DNA of 64,000 nt from a virus, in IMG/VR virus record IMGVR_UViG_3300044445_000048, positions 1-64,000 of that record. One strand, written 5' to 3'. The notes under the pieces are model-generated. The model worked only from the letters and a program-made list of their open reading frames with translations. It was not told the origin of the DNA and did not search any database. The translations under genes were made by a program, and so were the position numbers. Shown piece by piece: positions 43,744-53,360 of the stretch. Each line of letters opens with the position of its first letter. The first letter of the stretch is position 1.

Positions 43744-44253
43744 TCACGCCGACACCCGCTTGACGGTGATCGCTACCTTGTCGCCGGGCAACAACGTGTC
43801 GACGGCACCAATGCACTCGTACCCGCGGATCTCGTGAACCGCGCCGTCGATCATGACGCGCCGACCAACAGGATGGACCCGATCCCAGAGCGGCCACTCG
43901 CCGACCAGCACCTCGCCGCGGCCGGCAACCTGGTGCCGCTCGAGCACCTTGAACTCGACGAGCTCCTCACGGACCCTCTCACCGCACTCGTCGATGGTGA
44001 GCGTCGCCTCGTTGTTCTCGCCATAGTCGCACTCGCCGCAGCGCGCGCACTCGTACACCGGGATCGAGCAACCGCAGTCGTTGCCCATGAGGGCGCAAGA
44101 CGCATTGCGGCCGCCGCGGTGCACCCAGGTATGGCCGTTGTAGCAAAGGACCAGCTTCGACATGAGCCATTCGGCTATCCTGTTGGCGTTGATCACCACC
44201 GGGATGCAGGCGATGAACACGACGATGCAGATGATATCCAGCCAGCCCATCAC
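43744..44253 (-). CDS. membrane-anchored Cys-rich protein (169 aa)
   Basis: The N-terminal transmembrane segment is WLDIICIVVFIACIPVVI. A Cys cluster follows (CALMGNDCGCSIPVYECARCGEC). Confidence 0.6.
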   Translation of the reverse strand: MMGWLDIICIVVFIACIPVVINANRIAEWLMSKLVLCYNGHTWVHRGGRNASCALMGNDCGCSIPVYECARCGECDYGENNEATLTIDECGERVREELVEFKVLERHQVAGRGEVLVGEWPLWDRVHPVGRRVMIDGAVHEIRGYECIGAVDTLLPGDKVAITVKRVSA

Positions 44254-44744
44254 AGATCTCCGATCGTGCTCGAGCCGATGCGCTTCATCGTCGACACCGC
44301 CGGCCCGGCATCGATCACCTGCCCGCCGGCGGCGCTCTTGGCGTGATGCGAGCGGTAGATCACCCGGCTCCGGTGCGGCTCGTCGATCTGGGTGAGCTCG
44401 ATCTGGTCGATGATATCGGCCATGTGGTTCGGCACGATCACCTCACCGCCGGCGGCCTGTACCAGTAGGCGCGACGCGCGGGTGACGGCCTTGCGATCGG
44501 TGGCCTCGAACACCTTGCGGATGGATTCGAGCGGGTGCTCCGGCTCGGCGGCGGCGAGGATCTGCTCAGCCGCCTCGGCGGCGACGGTAGCGGCGCGCAG
44601 CAGGAGATCGGGCCAATAGCCTTCCATCCAGGTATGGCTAACGAAGGCGTTCAGCGTTTCGTCGCCCATGTGCGGATGGTTGGGGAACGCTTCCATATCG
44701 CCAACGGCGGCGGCGATCGCGGCGATCAGTGTCTCATTCGGCAT
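44250..44744 (-). CDS. hypothetical protein (164 aa)
   Basis: ATG 44744 follows GGAAGGAAAC. Confidence 0.6.
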   Translation of the reverse strand: MPNETLIAAIAAAVGDMEAFPNHPHMGDETLNAFVSHTWMEGYWPDLLLRAATVAAEAAEQILAAAEPEHPLESIRKVFEATDRKAVTRASRLLVQAAGGEVIVPNHMADIIDQIELTQIDEPHRSRVIYRSHHAKSAAGGQVIDAGPAVSTMKRIGSSTIGDL

Positions 44745-44892
44745 CGGTAGTTTCCTTCCTCTCTTGAGCAATGCGGGCACGCCACCCTTTCGGCGGCGGC
44801 CACGCCACACCCCACGCGGCAAGCTGCGCGCGAGTCCATCCGCCTTGCGGCGACTTGGCGGCCTCGATCTCGGCCTCATCCGGCAATTTCAC
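44734..44892 (-). CDS. hypothetical small protein (52 aa, GTG start)
   Basis: GTGA overlap at the start. It contains GGWTRAQLAAWGVAWPPPKGWRARI. Confidence 0.5.
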   Translation of the reverse strand: MKLPDEAEIEAAKSPQGGWTRAQLAAWGVAWPPPKGWRARIAQERKETTDAE

Positions 44893-45437
44893 TCCGATGC
44901 ATCCGTGAGGAACGGCGCGTCGACCTCGCTCAGAAGCGTGCCATGCACCTCCGAAAACGACTGCCATCCCCGCGGCGTCCATTCCCGCGAATAGACTTCG
45001 CCGCGCGGAATATGCGGGTTCCAGCCCTCGTCGCAGAACACCCGGTAATGCCACACGTCCGATAGCTTGCCCTCAAGACTATACGGCTTCTCGACCCATG
45101 CTTTTGCAACGTCGTCACCGTAGAAGGCTCGAGCGATCACCGCCGATCGATCGTGATCGTGCGGCAACCGCGCGCCGGGCAGCATCGGGTGCCGATAGGC
45201 GAGGGACAGGTGCCAGCACCGCTCATAGTCGGGGTTCTTCCACCACCCGGCCGTGTGATGCCCGACGTCGCGCGTGAACAGCACCGTCGCCTCGATGCCG
45301 GGACTGAAACGGAGCACGTGCGAGCACGCTGCAACCAGGGCGCGGCTCTCCGCCGTCAGCTTGCCGTTGTAGAACCCGCGCATCGACCGGCGGCGCGCGA
45401 ACGGCACCAGGGCCTCGAGATCCGTGAACGCGATCAT
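44889..45437 (-). CDS. hypothetical protein (182 aa)
   Basis: Full track ORF, rich in Trp and His. Confidence 0.6.
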   Translation of the reverse strand: MIAFTDLEALVPFARRRSMRGFYNGKLTAESRALVAACSHVLRFSPGIEATVLFTRDVGHHTAGWWKNPDYERCWHLSLAYRHPMLPGARLPHDHDRSAVIARAFYGDDVAKAWVEKPYSLEGKLSDVWHYRVFCDEGWNPHIPRGEVYSREWTPRGWQSFSEVHGTLLSEVDAPFLTDASE

Positions 45438-45649
45438 CGCATCGCCTCCGCGATCTTGTCGACGGTGAGCCGGCCCTCGTCGGCCATGCGCTGCAACGTG
45501 GCGATATCGGTCATGAGCCCGTCGCAGAGCATGTAGACGAACCGCGGCGAGCTCTCGCGCAGCGCCTTGAGGCTGTCACCGTCCATGCGGCCGGCGGCGC
45601 AGGCTTGCATGATGTGGCGGAGCGGTTCGGGGAGGGGAGCGATGCCCAT
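45434..45649 (-). CDS. hypothetical protein (71 aa)
   Basis: ATG 45649 overlaps the ligase stop (TGATG). Confidence 0.55.
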   Translation of the reverse strand: MGIAPLPEPLRHIMQACAAGRMDGDSLKALRESSPRFVYMLCDGLMTDIATLQRMADEGRLTVDKIAEAMR

Positions 45650-46575
45650 CACAACCCCTTCACGCGGATGAACCGCGCATGCTTGGGCGTACCGTTCGCG
45701 GTGTACCCGTTGATCTCGATCTCCACCTCGACGCCGCAGAAGCCGGCCGGATGCTTGAGGAAGGTCTCGCGGTTGAAGCGATCGATGCCGGTGCCGACGC
45801 CGAACGTGCGGTCGGGCTGCGCAGGGCGGCGGCACACCAGCGTGCCCTTCGCCGTCACCTCGACGATCTCGACCATGATCCGGTCCACCTGCTTGATCTT
45901 GCGCCAGTGCCGCGACCGCTCGCGCAGGTACGGGCTGTTCATGCCCTTCGCCACGATGCCCTCGCCGCCCATCTTCCACACCCGCTCGGCCTCGAGCTTC
46001 GCGTTGGCCGGATTGACCAGCGTGAACGGCCGCAGCACGCCGACGCCCGGCCGCTTCACCTGCTCAGCGTGGCGCATGAGGAGCTCCACGCGATCCCACG
46101 CGCCCCAAGTGGTCGACGCGCCGACCAGCCAATCCCGCATGGGGATAGCGTCGAACAGCCAGAGCGTCGCCTTGGGGTTCGGCACGCCCCGCATGCCGGC
46201 GGCGGTGGTCGCCTCGAGGCCGCCGGGCATCGCCCACTCGGCATCGAACATCATCGGCTCGCCATAGAGCTTCTCGATCGCCTTGAGCACAGGCATCGCC
46301 CCGGCGGCGGCGTGCAGGAGCTCGCCCTCGCGCGTCACGATCCGGGCAGGGCCGCCGGCCTCGGTCTCGCCGAGTGTGATCGCCCGCCACCCGTCGACCT
46401 TGATCTGACCGAAATCGTTGAGCGCGCCGGTGGGGTTGTCCCAATCCTCGGCCATCATGCCGAGCTCCAGAGCCTTGGTCGCACCGTGGATGCGGCGCGG
46501 CACCATGACGTTGGCCGCCGGCGGCATCGCGTCGCTGCTCGGCAGCAGCGCGTATTCTGAGGGCATAGAGATCAT
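45649..46575 (-). CDS. ATP-dependent DNA ligase (small phage type)
   Basis: Motif I is KVDGWR, motif IV is EGIVAK and motif V is WRKIK, in the correct order. It is 308 aa long. Confidence 0.85.
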   Translation of the reverse strand: MISMPSEYALLPSSDAMPPAANVMVPRRIHGATKALELGMMAEDWDNPTGALNDFGQIKVDGWRAITLGETEAGGPARIVTREGELLHAAAGAMPVLKAIEKLYGEPMMFDAEWAMPGGLEATTAAGMRGVPNPKATLWLFDAIPMRDWLVGASTTWGAWDRVELLMRHAEQVKRPGVGVLRPFTLVNPANAKLEAERVWKMGGEGIVAKGMNSPYLRERSRHWRKIKQVDRIMVEIVEVTAKGTLVCRRPAQPDRTFGVGTGIDRFNRETFLKHPAGFCGVEVEIEINGYTANGTPKHARFIRVKGL

Positions 46576-46835
46576 CGTGCGTTTCCTTCCTCGGGTGGTA
46601 GTGCCGTCATCTTGTGGGTGAACAGCGGGCGATCGTGCATCACGCGCATGGTGATCATCGGGTCGACCTGGTGCGGCCGGACGCCCATCGCCTCGCTCAG
46701 CACGGCGCGCGCTTCGTTGGTCATGGTGATCTGATAGGCGGGCGACCCCATGAACAGGATTGGCTCGACCACCACGCCCGGGAACGTCTCGAGCATCCGA
46801 ACCGTGCGGCCCATCTTCTCGTAGAAGGCGCTCAC
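46572..46835 (-). CDS. hypothetical protein (87 aa)
   Basis: Full track ORF with ATGA coupling. Confidence 0.6.
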   Translation of the reverse strand: MSAFYEKMGRTVRMLETFPGVVVEPILFMGSPAYQITMTNEARAVLSEAMGVRPHQVDPMITMRVMHDRPLFTHKMTALPPEEGNAR

Positions 46836-47422
46836 GCCGCGATCGCCCCGGCCCGCGCCTTCGCCGCGCGCGCCACGCTATCGGCCTGGAAGCGGTCGCG
46901 ATCGATGTAGCGCAGGAGCTCGAGCAGCGGCACGGTGAGCGTCGCCTCCTCGCCCTCGCTCTCCGCCTTGATCGCGCGCTGCACCGGCCGCGGCGTGATA
47001 TCCAGATCCCGCGCCGCGCGGCTGGCGACGGACTCGCCGAGCTCGAGGCCCTGATACAGCCAAGCCATCGCCTCGGTTACGGTCGAGCCGTCGAACAGCG
47101 TGTCGCTCTCCCACACCTTCGCCTGAGCGATGATGTGGCGGCCGATCGCGGACGGCTCAGCGCCGTCGCTGCCCTCGAACATGCGCAGCACCTTGCTCAG
47201 GCTCGAGCCGCCAAGCCGCCGCTCGCGGTCAACCTCATGCGTGAAGCTCGAGACGCCGACCGACACCGCGACGAACCGCGGCGATTGCCCCGGCCGGTGC
47301 CACACCTCGAGATCAGTCCAACGGCGTTGCCCCTCATCATTCGGATCACGGGTCGAGGCTTCCGCGATCAGGATGCAGTCGGTCCCGTTGTCGATGAGCG
47401 GGATCTTCTTGATATCGGGCAT
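46832..47422 (-). CDS. hypothetical protein (196 aa)
   Basis: Full track ORF. Confidence 0.6.
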   Translation of the reverse strand: MPDIKKIPLIDNGTDCILIAEASTRDPNDEGQRRWTDLEVWHRPGQSPRFVAVSVGVSSFTHEVDRERRLGGSSLSKVLRMFEGSDGAEPSAIGRHIIAQAKVWESDTLFDGSTVTEAMAWLYQGLELGESVASRAARDLDITPRPVQRAIKAESEGEEATLTVPLLELLRYIDRDRFQADSVARAAKARAGAIAA

Positions 47423-47425
47423 GGG

Positions 47426-47665
47426 TTACTTTCCTTCGTTGAGCAGGTGAGCCAGCGCAGCAGCGCCAGCGTGAGGGCGGCACAGGTGCTCGCCGTCGAT
47501 CGTGAAGTCGGCGCGGTGGCCGCACTGGTCGACCGGGATGCCGGCGCGCTTCGCTTTCCACGCGCGATGCTGCGCCGTGTTCGTCTTGAGGCCGGCGGCG
47601 ACGCGGACCTTGGCGACGCACAGGGGCTTGTGCACGCCGATCGCGGTGATGGGCTTGATCACCAT
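47426..47665 (-). CDS. hypothetical protein (79 aa)
   Basis: Start trimmed to ATG 47665, which overlaps the upstream stop. Confidence 0.5.
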   Translation of the reverse strand: MVIKPITAIGVHKPLCVAKVRVAAGLKTNTAQHRAWKAKRAGIPVDQCGHRADFTIDGEHLCRPHAGAAALAHLLNEGK

Positions 47666-48519
47666 GCGATCTTCTCCCGATCGGACTTGCACAGGACATA
47701 TTCGCCCTCGGTGGCGAGGCGCACCGGCACGTCGACGCCGGCGGAGATCCGCTCGACCGCCATCGCCATGATCGCTGCCGACGAGGGCTTGCCGTGACCG
47801 TACACCACCACCTCGAGCCGGTCGGGCATCGCGCCGGTGACGTGATACTCAGCCACGAACCGATCCTGCCATGCGAGCCCGTCCGAATGATCCATGAGCT
47901 CGCGATACGGCGAGCGCGATGGGCCGGTGTATGGCCCCTCGCCTTCGCGCCAGAGCGCGACGCTGGCGGCCTGCTCAATCCGATCCTTCGCGTGGAGCAT
48001 GGCCCGGCGGCGGCCTTCCTTCTCAATGGCGGCGGCGCGCATCACCTCGAGCTCACTGGCAAGGTCGACGCCGACCAGATGGATTGGGGCCTGCTCAAGG
48101 CACCACGCCACGATCTTGCGGAGATCCACCGCCCGGCGGCGGCAATCCTCCCACCCATCTTCCATCGCTTCCGTGTGAGCCAACTCACCCAGCACCGAAC
48201 GGAAGGCGTCGACCACCGCGCTATCCTTCGACGGCCATACGGTACACCCGAACGGCCCGCTTGAGCCGGAGTTATGGACGCTGATCGCCACGCTCACCCG
48301 CCAGCCCGGTGTCGGGCCTGCAACGTCGTGCCATAGCTCGAGGGTGTATCCGGCCTTGCCCCACCGGCCGCGGCCACCCTCGCCGAACGAAAGGGTCTCG
48401 AACCGGTCGACGCCCTTCGCCGCCTCGAGCCGCGCCTTGAAGGCGTTCCAATCCTCATCCGCGCCGCGCACCGCCTTCGCGGTCGACGGGGCAGGGGCAA
48501 ACAGGTCTAGCTGCATCAT
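47659..48519 (-). CDS. hypothetical protein (286 aa)
   Basis: Full track ORF. Confidence 0.6.
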   Translation of the reverse strand: MMQLDLFAPAPSTAKAVRGADEDWNAFKARLEAAKGVDRFETLSFGEGGRGRWGKAGYTLELWHDVAGPTPGWRVSVAISVHNSGSSGPFGCTVWPSKDSAVVDAFRSVLGELAHTEAMEDGWEDCRRRAVDLRKIVAWCLEQAPIHLVGVDLASELEVMRAAAIEKEGRRRAMLHAKDRIEQAASVALWREGEGPYTGPSRSPYRELMDHSDGLAWQDRFVAEYHVTGAMPDRLEVVVYGHGKPSSAAIMAMAVERISAGVDVPVRLATEGEYVLCKSDREKIAW

Positions 48520-48521
48520 GA

Positions 48522-48662
48522 TCAGCGTCCGGTGAGGGCGTGAAGCACGCCAGTGATGAAGGGCAGGCCCTTGGCGAGCACGGTGAGGCCGGCGATGATC
48601 AGCGCGCTACCGATGATTGCGGCGAGCATGAACGTGCCGATCGCGTCGTGCAGGATCTTCAC
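48522..48662 (-). CDS. small membrane protein (46 aa, GTG start), absent from the ORF track
   Basis: GTGA overlap with the clamp-gene stop. It has high GC3 and reads VKILHDAIGTFMLAAIIGSALIIAGLTVLAKGLPFITGVLHALTGR. Confidence 0.55.
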   Translation of the reverse strand: MKILHDAIGTFMLAAIIGSALIIAGLTVLAKGLPFITGVLHALTGR

Positions 48663-51019
48663 GACCGCACCGCCTCAAACCGGCGAGCGTCGGTCGGATC
48701 GATCAGGATGCGAGGCGCGGGCAGATCACCGGCCGCCCCAAGGCGTGCGAGCCGTTCCGCACGGTCGGCGCGCTCGCATGCGTCGGTCGCGCGCCCATTG
48801 GCGGCGGCGAGGCGGATGGTAGCCACGCTGAGCGCCGCGCGGGTCCGGCGCACACCGGCGAGGGCGCGGCCGCGCTTCACCTGCCCGGCGGCGGCGCGTG
48901 CTCGCGCTTCGTCCCGTTCCGCGGTGAGGCGATCGATGTGAGCCCGAACGGCGGCGCGATCGGCGCGCATCCGGAGATAGGCGCGGATCATCCGGACGCG
49001 GGCGGCCGATCGATCGCGGGCAGGCGCGGCCTGGGCCGGCTCCGGTGCGACCACCGGCGCGGCGGCGGCCTCGAGGGCGGCAAGGCGTGCGAGGATGCTC
49101 GCCAGCGGATCGGCATCGTCGACCGGCGGCGCGGCCTCCACGTCCCCATACCGATCGACCACCGGGCTGTCATACTCGCCGGCATTGATAGCGGCGGCCA
49201 CAACGGCGGACGGCAAGGCACCGCCAGCGGTCGGAACCGGGTCGGCGGCGGGTGTAGGGGCCTCGACCACCGTAGCGGGCTGAGCAGGGCTCTTTGCGGC
49301 CACCTTGCGCGCGGCCTTCACCTTCACCGGCTTGGCGATCTCACCGACCGCTTCGCGAACGGCATCGGCGTCGAGCGATATCGCCCCCTTGGCATCGACG
49401 CGCGTCGGGCTGTAGCCCTCGCCGGTGTCGACCATGACGGGAGCCGGGCAGGTGCCGGGCATGACCACGCAATATGCGCCGTCACTATACTGGATCGGAT
49501 GATTAACGGTGGTGGTCGACGTGGTGAGGGTGTTCCAATCCAGCACCTCGACGACTTCGTTCCGCGCCTCCGCCGTTTGCACGCCGACCATCATGCCAAG
49601 CGCGACGCCGGCGCGGTGATCGTGCGATGCCGCGTAGATCACCTTGCGGCCGCCATCGGTGGGCAGGCCGGCGCGGGTCGCATAGTCGGCGAGATAGGCC
49701 GCGACCTCGAGCTTGCACGCCTTGCGCGGGCCATCGGGCACCACGCCGCCGGCATTGTCGCCGCCGAGCCGGCAAGCGCCGAATAGGTCGGCGGCCTGCC
49801 CGGCTGGCGCGGTGTACGCGATCGGCTCGAGCTCGAGCACGGTCGAGGGCAGGGCGGAACCGGCGGTGAGCTTCAAGAGCCCGGCGAATTCCGGTGCGGT
49901 CTCATCGGTGAGCAACGCCACCCCGTCGACCGCATCCCATGCCAGCACCACGTCGCCGCGCATCGCCTTGAACATGGCAGCGGATGGGGCCGGGAGCATG
50001 ATCGCGCCGGCCTCCCCCTCGAACGTGGCCGCCAGCGTCGCCGCCGTGCCAGCGTCACCCGCATAGCCGTGCGTCGCCGGGAGCATCGGCCACCCGGCGC
50101 GGATGCGATCAGGTGCGGCCTCAATGGTGAGCAAGCGACCCTTACCGCCGACCGACCGCGCGGCGGCGGCGGCCATGCGACCCGACAAGGCGCGCGCATC
50201 GATGGTGAGGCGGTTAGCCGGCGGCGCGACCGGATACTGGCGCGCTACGTCCGGAAACGTCCCGTCGACTAGCTTCGTGGTCATGGTGAGGCCGGGCATT
50301 GCCAGCACGCCGACCGAACCGGAGAAGCGCGCGCCGACCATAACACCCGGCCGCGCCTTCAAGGCGTGCGCCAGATGCTTGACGGTGTCGCGCGGGATGG
50401 TGAGTGAGGGCAGATCCGCCGCGCCGATCGGCAACGGCCGCGTGATCGTAACCGCCGACCATCCATCGGTCGCCGTCATGCGCAAGGTGTCGCCGACCGC
50501 CTCGACCGCGATGCCCTTTAGGTAATAGCGGGTTTCATCATTCCCCATGACGGACGAAAGGCGCGCCAGATCGGCGGCGAGCGTGTCGCCATCGATCGCG
50601 AACGCGAACGCGGTCTCACCGTGCGCAACCGCCGGGAAGTCGTCGACCGGCAGCACGGCGAGGGATTGGCGAGCGTTGCCATAGGTGACGGCGGCGCGGC
50701 CATCCTCGACCGCGATCGTGACCACCGCGCCGCGATTGGTCTTAGCGGCCTTGCCTGCCAGATCGGCGAGCATGTGGCCGTCGACGGTGAAGGAACCGGC
50801 CATATCAACCGCGATATCCTCCGCCGCCGTCACCACGCCTTGAACGTCAAGGTCGGTCGCCATCATCGACACCGCGCCGCCGGCCTCGACGGTGATCAGC
50901 GTATTAGAGAGGATGGGCACGGTGTTGCGCCGCTGGATGAAACGCGCGGCGGCGGCGGCGAGGGGTGCCAGCACGGCGGCGGCGATGGTGAAGCGAACGG
51001 GAGCGGTTGCGTTGGTCAT
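48659..51019 (-). CDS. dnaN: DNA polymerase III beta sliding clamp (DnaN-like) fused to a ~390-aa C-terminal extension
   Basis: The N-terminal ~390 aa carry clamp landmarks in order: RRNTVPILSNTLI, MATDLDV, ETRYYLKGI, MTATDGWS, IPRDTVKHL and KLVDGTFPD. The same frame continues with high GC3 to the stop. Confidence 0.75.
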   Translation of the reverse strand: MTNATAPVRFTIAAAVLAPLAAAAARFIQRRNTVPILSNTLITVEAGGAVSMMATDLDVQGVVTAAEDIAVDMAGSFTVDGHMLADLAGKAAKTNRGAVVTIAVEDGRAAVTYGNARQSLAVLPVDDFPAVAHGETAFAFAIDGDTLAADLARLSSVMGNDETRYYLKGIAVEAVGDTLRMTATDGWSAVTITRPLPIGAADLPSLTIPRDTVKHLAHALKARPGVMVGARFSGSVGVLAMPGLTMTTKLVDGTFPDVARQYPVAPPANRLTIDARALSGRMAAAAARSVGGKGRLLTIEAAPDRIRAGWPMLPATHGYAGDAGTAATLAATFEGEAGAIMLPAPSAAMFKAMRGDVVLAWDAVDGVALLTDETAPEFAGLLKLTAGSALPSTVLELEPIAYTAPAGQAADLFGACRLGGDNAGGVVPDGPRKACKLEVAAYLADYATRAGLPTDGGRKVIYAASHDHRAGVALGMMVGVQTAEARNEVVEVLDWNTLTTSTTTVNHPIQYSDGAYCVVMPGTCPAPVMVDTGEGYSPTRVDAKGAISLDADAVREAVGEIAKPVKVKAARKVAAKSPAQPATVVEAPTPAADPVPTAGGALPSAVVAAAINAGEYDSPVVDRYGDVEAAPPVDDADPLASILARLAALEAAAAPVVAPEPAQAAPARDRSAARVRMIRAYLRMRADRAAVRAHIDRLTAERDEARARAAAGQVKRGRALAGVRRTRAALSVATIRLAAANGRATDACERADRAERLARLGAAGDLPAPRILIDPTDARRFEAVRS

Positions 51020-51023
51020 GGTG

Positions 51024-51037
51024 GTTTCCTTCGTGAT
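51024..51037 (-). promoter_or_regulatory. conserved leader motif ATCACGAAGGAAAC (copy 1)
   Basis: This is an exact 14-mer lying 4 nt upstream of ATG 51019. A GC hairpin abuts its 5' side. Confidence 0.5.
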
Positions 51038-51093
51038 GCGCGGGCGGTGCCCGGCGCGGGTCGGTCTCTAGGGCAGGTGGAGCGGCGGCGCAA

Positions 51094-51630
51094 TCAACCG
51101 CGATCGATGGTGATCCCCATGCGCGCCAGAAGCACGCCGGCGGTTTTCTCCGCCTCGACAAGGGCCGATTGCGCGGCGGCGTCGGCGGCATCGTCCGGAC
51201 CATCGCGCGCCGGGTCGGATACAGCCAACACAAGAGCTTCAAGAGCGGTTGCCAGATCTTGCGCAATGTCGACCGGCGCGACCGGCTGGAAAGTCAAAAG
51301 GCTAGGCATGTCGGGGCCGGTCCAATCGACCTTGTCGATCAGCCAAGCCGGGACGAATTCCCAATCGAACGCCTCGCCATATTGACCGCCAAGCGGATAC
51401 TTGCCGTTGCAGGTGTCGGCGGCCTGCCAATCGGCCTCTAAGCGTTCGGTCCACCCGATCACGGTCGAGCGTAGCTCCGCCGTGCCATGATCGGTGCAGA
51501 TGCGGGCGATATGCGCGCCGATTTCCTCGCCGGTGGTGCGCGTCGCGCCATCAACGGGAACGCTTGCTTTGAGATCAAGCACCGCTTCCCAGATGGTCGC
51601 GGCGGTTTCGAGGTGAGCAAGGGTGAGCAT
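51094..51630 (-). CDS. hypothetical protein (178 aa)
   Basis: ATG 51630 lies downstream of the leader motif. Confidence 0.6.
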   Translation of the reverse strand: MLTLAHLETAATIWEAVLDLKASVPVDGATRTTGEEIGAHIARICTDHGTAELRSTVIGWTERLEADWQAADTCNGKYPLGGQYGEAFDWEFVPAWLIDKVDWTGPDMPSLLTFQPVAPVDIAQDLATALEALVLAVSDPARDGPDDAADAAAQSALVEAEKTAGVLLARMGITIDRG

Positions 51631-51637
51631 GTCGGGT

Positions 51638-51651
51638 GTTTCCTTCGTGAT
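51638..51651 (-). promoter_or_regulatory. conserved leader motif ATCACGAAGGAAAC (copy 2)
   Basis: This is an exact 14-mer lying 7 nt upstream of ATG 51630. The hairpin CGGGC-GCATT-GCCCG abuts it. Confidence 0.5.
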
Positions 51652-51731
51652 CGGGCAATGCGCCCGCAACGCGGCTGGATACGATCCAGCGGCGGCGAGG
51701 GCGGCGGGGCAACGTGCCCCGCTCGCGTTGA

Positions 51732-51947
51732 TCAGCACTCCTCAATCTGGATCGCGGCGATCGCCGACCACGGCAGGCAATGCGACAACGTGGCGTCATG
51801 CGCCTCCGCTGGCGTGCCATCAAAGGCAATCCCGATCGCGTCGACCGAATGAACACCGCGGCGGCTGTAAATCGTGCCATCCGTGGCGGTGATATCCACG
51901 GTGAAGGCGTCGGACGTGGCGAGGAGCTTTAACAGGTGGGTGAGCAT
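51732..51947 (-). CDS. hypothetical protein (71 aa)
   Basis: Full track ORF. Confidence 0.55.
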   Translation of the reverse strand: MLTHLLKLLATSDAFTVDITATDGTIYSRRGVHSVDAIGIAFDGTPAEAHDATLSHCLPWSAIAAIQIEEC

Positions 51948-51959
51948 GGCGAATGATCC

Positions 51960-52247
51960 TTAGCGGGTGATATCGGTGGTGAGGGCGGCCTCTAGGGCGG
52001 CGGCCTCACCGGCGAGCCAATCGGGCACGTCACCCCCGAACGCATCCAGAAGCGCGCGGGCGGCGGCCGCCACGCGGAACGATCGGGCCATGACGCGGGC
52101 GGATGCATCGTGGTTTACCGCGCTGTCCCAAGAGTCGACCGTCACGAGCCAATAGTTTTCCGGAACGCTCCGGATCGTTTTCGAGCCGGGCTCATAACGT
52201 GCGCCAGTGGGAACGATGCCGCGCGGCGAGGGGAAGTTATCGGCCAT
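51960..52247 (-). CDS. hypothetical protein (95 aa)
   Basis: Full track ORF. Confidence 0.55.
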   Translation of the reverse strand: MADNFPSPRGIVPTGARYEPGSKTIRSVPENYWLVTVDSWDSAVNHDASARVMARSFRVAAAARALLDAFGGDVPDWLAGEAAALEAALTTDITR

Positions 52248-52251
52248 CGGA

Positions 52252-53148
52252 TCAGCCCTCCGCCACGACTGAGAAGATATTCACATGCTCGCGGCCGGCG
52301 ATCTCGTAACGCTGCAACCGGGCAAGGTCTTTCGCATCCTCGACGCTGCCAGCCTTCACCCGCGTTTCAAAGGGTGAGAGGATGCCGATTGCGCCGGAGG
52401 CCCGATCCTCCCCCTTCACTGCATACCATGTGTCGGGTGTCGGCACTGGCGGCCATGCTTTCGCCATCGCCGCGCGATCGGCTTCCCACAATGCGCGATC
52501 CTCCGCGTTGAGAAGCGCGACAAGGTCGCACTCATCCTCGCCGATGACGGCAAGCCACTGAGTGAAAATCGATCCGGCTTTAGCGATTACGATCGTGCGG
52601 CCATCGTGCCAGCGCACAAGCTCGAACGACTGAAGCGAAAAATCATCGTCGCCGTCTGGTTCGCCGATCTGCCCACCCCATGCGGCCTTAACCGCGTCCG
52701 TTGGCTTGGCGTAGAGACCGTAAAACTTGGAATTGCTCGAACGCATGCGCTCGCCGCGTGCGAGCCAATCGCGGGAGAAAGTGCGCTTCCCGCCCATGTG
52801 GCCGCCGGGTGCGTTGGGGATGCGGCTAGTGGAAATGTAGCGGCGGCCGCCGGTGATCGCGTCGCACTCTTGACGGGTGCGGCCGCCCTCCGGAGTCGGC
52901 ATCAAGCGCACGTCGGTGAAGATCTCGGCGAGGGTGCGGGCCTCCGGCATGTGCAACGCCCGATGGGGCACGTTGTCCAATCCGTGCGCCTTTGCGCCGC
53001 GATATACCAGATCGGCCCACCCCCCGACGTAGCGCGCCAGATGCTCGCCGTTCGGGATGGTCGCGGCGAATGTCGCCAGATCAGCCGATGCGGCGAACGC
53101 ATCCGGGTGACGGGAGAAATTGCGGATCATGGATTCTACGTCGTTCAT
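52252..53148 (-). CDS. hypothetical protein (298 aa)
   Basis: ATG 53148 lies downstream of the leader motif. Confidence 0.6.
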   Translation of the reverse strand: MNDVESMIRNFSRHPDAFAASADLATFAATIPNGEHLARYVGGWADLVYRGAKAHGLDNVPHRALHMPEARTLAEIFTDVRLMPTPEGGRTRQECDAITGGRRYISTSRIPNAPGGHMGGKRTFSRDWLARGERMRSSNSKFYGLYAKPTDAVKAAWGGQIGEPDGDDDFSLQSFELVRWHDGRTIVIAKAGSIFTQWLAVIGEDECDLVALLNAEDRALWEADRAAMAKAWPPVPTPDTWYAVKGEDRASGAIGILSPFETRVKAGSVEDAKDLARLQRYEIAGREHVNIFSVVAEG

Positions 53149-53151
53149 GAT

Positions 53152-53165
53152 GTTTCCTTCGTGGT
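53152..53165 (-). promoter_or_regulatory. conserved leader motif, variant ACCACGAAGGAAAC (copy 3)
   Basis: It has one mismatch and lies 3 nt upstream of ATG 53148. Confidence 0.45.
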
Positions 53166-53245
53166 CGGGATTGATCACCCGGAACGCTGGCGAGGGCCTC
53201 GCCAGCGATCAGGGCGGCGCGGGTGTCAGGCCCCGCGCCAGCCGG

Positions 53246-53356
53246 TTATTCTCCGCGCCAAGCGCGAACGAACGTAGAGCCTATGCCGTAGAGGGTGAGC
53301 ACTCCGCCTAGACCGATCACGGCATAGGCGGCCACGCTGTAGAGGGTCGACCACAT
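53246..53356 (-). CDS. small membrane protein candidate (36 aa), absent from the ORF track
   Basis: The ATG follows GAGGG. It reads MWSTLYSVAAYAVIGLGGVLTLYGIGSTFVRAWRGE. Confidence 0.35.
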   Translation of the reverse strand: MWSTLYSVAAYAVIGLGGVLTLYGIGSTFVRAWRGE

Positions 53357-53360
53357 GGGA

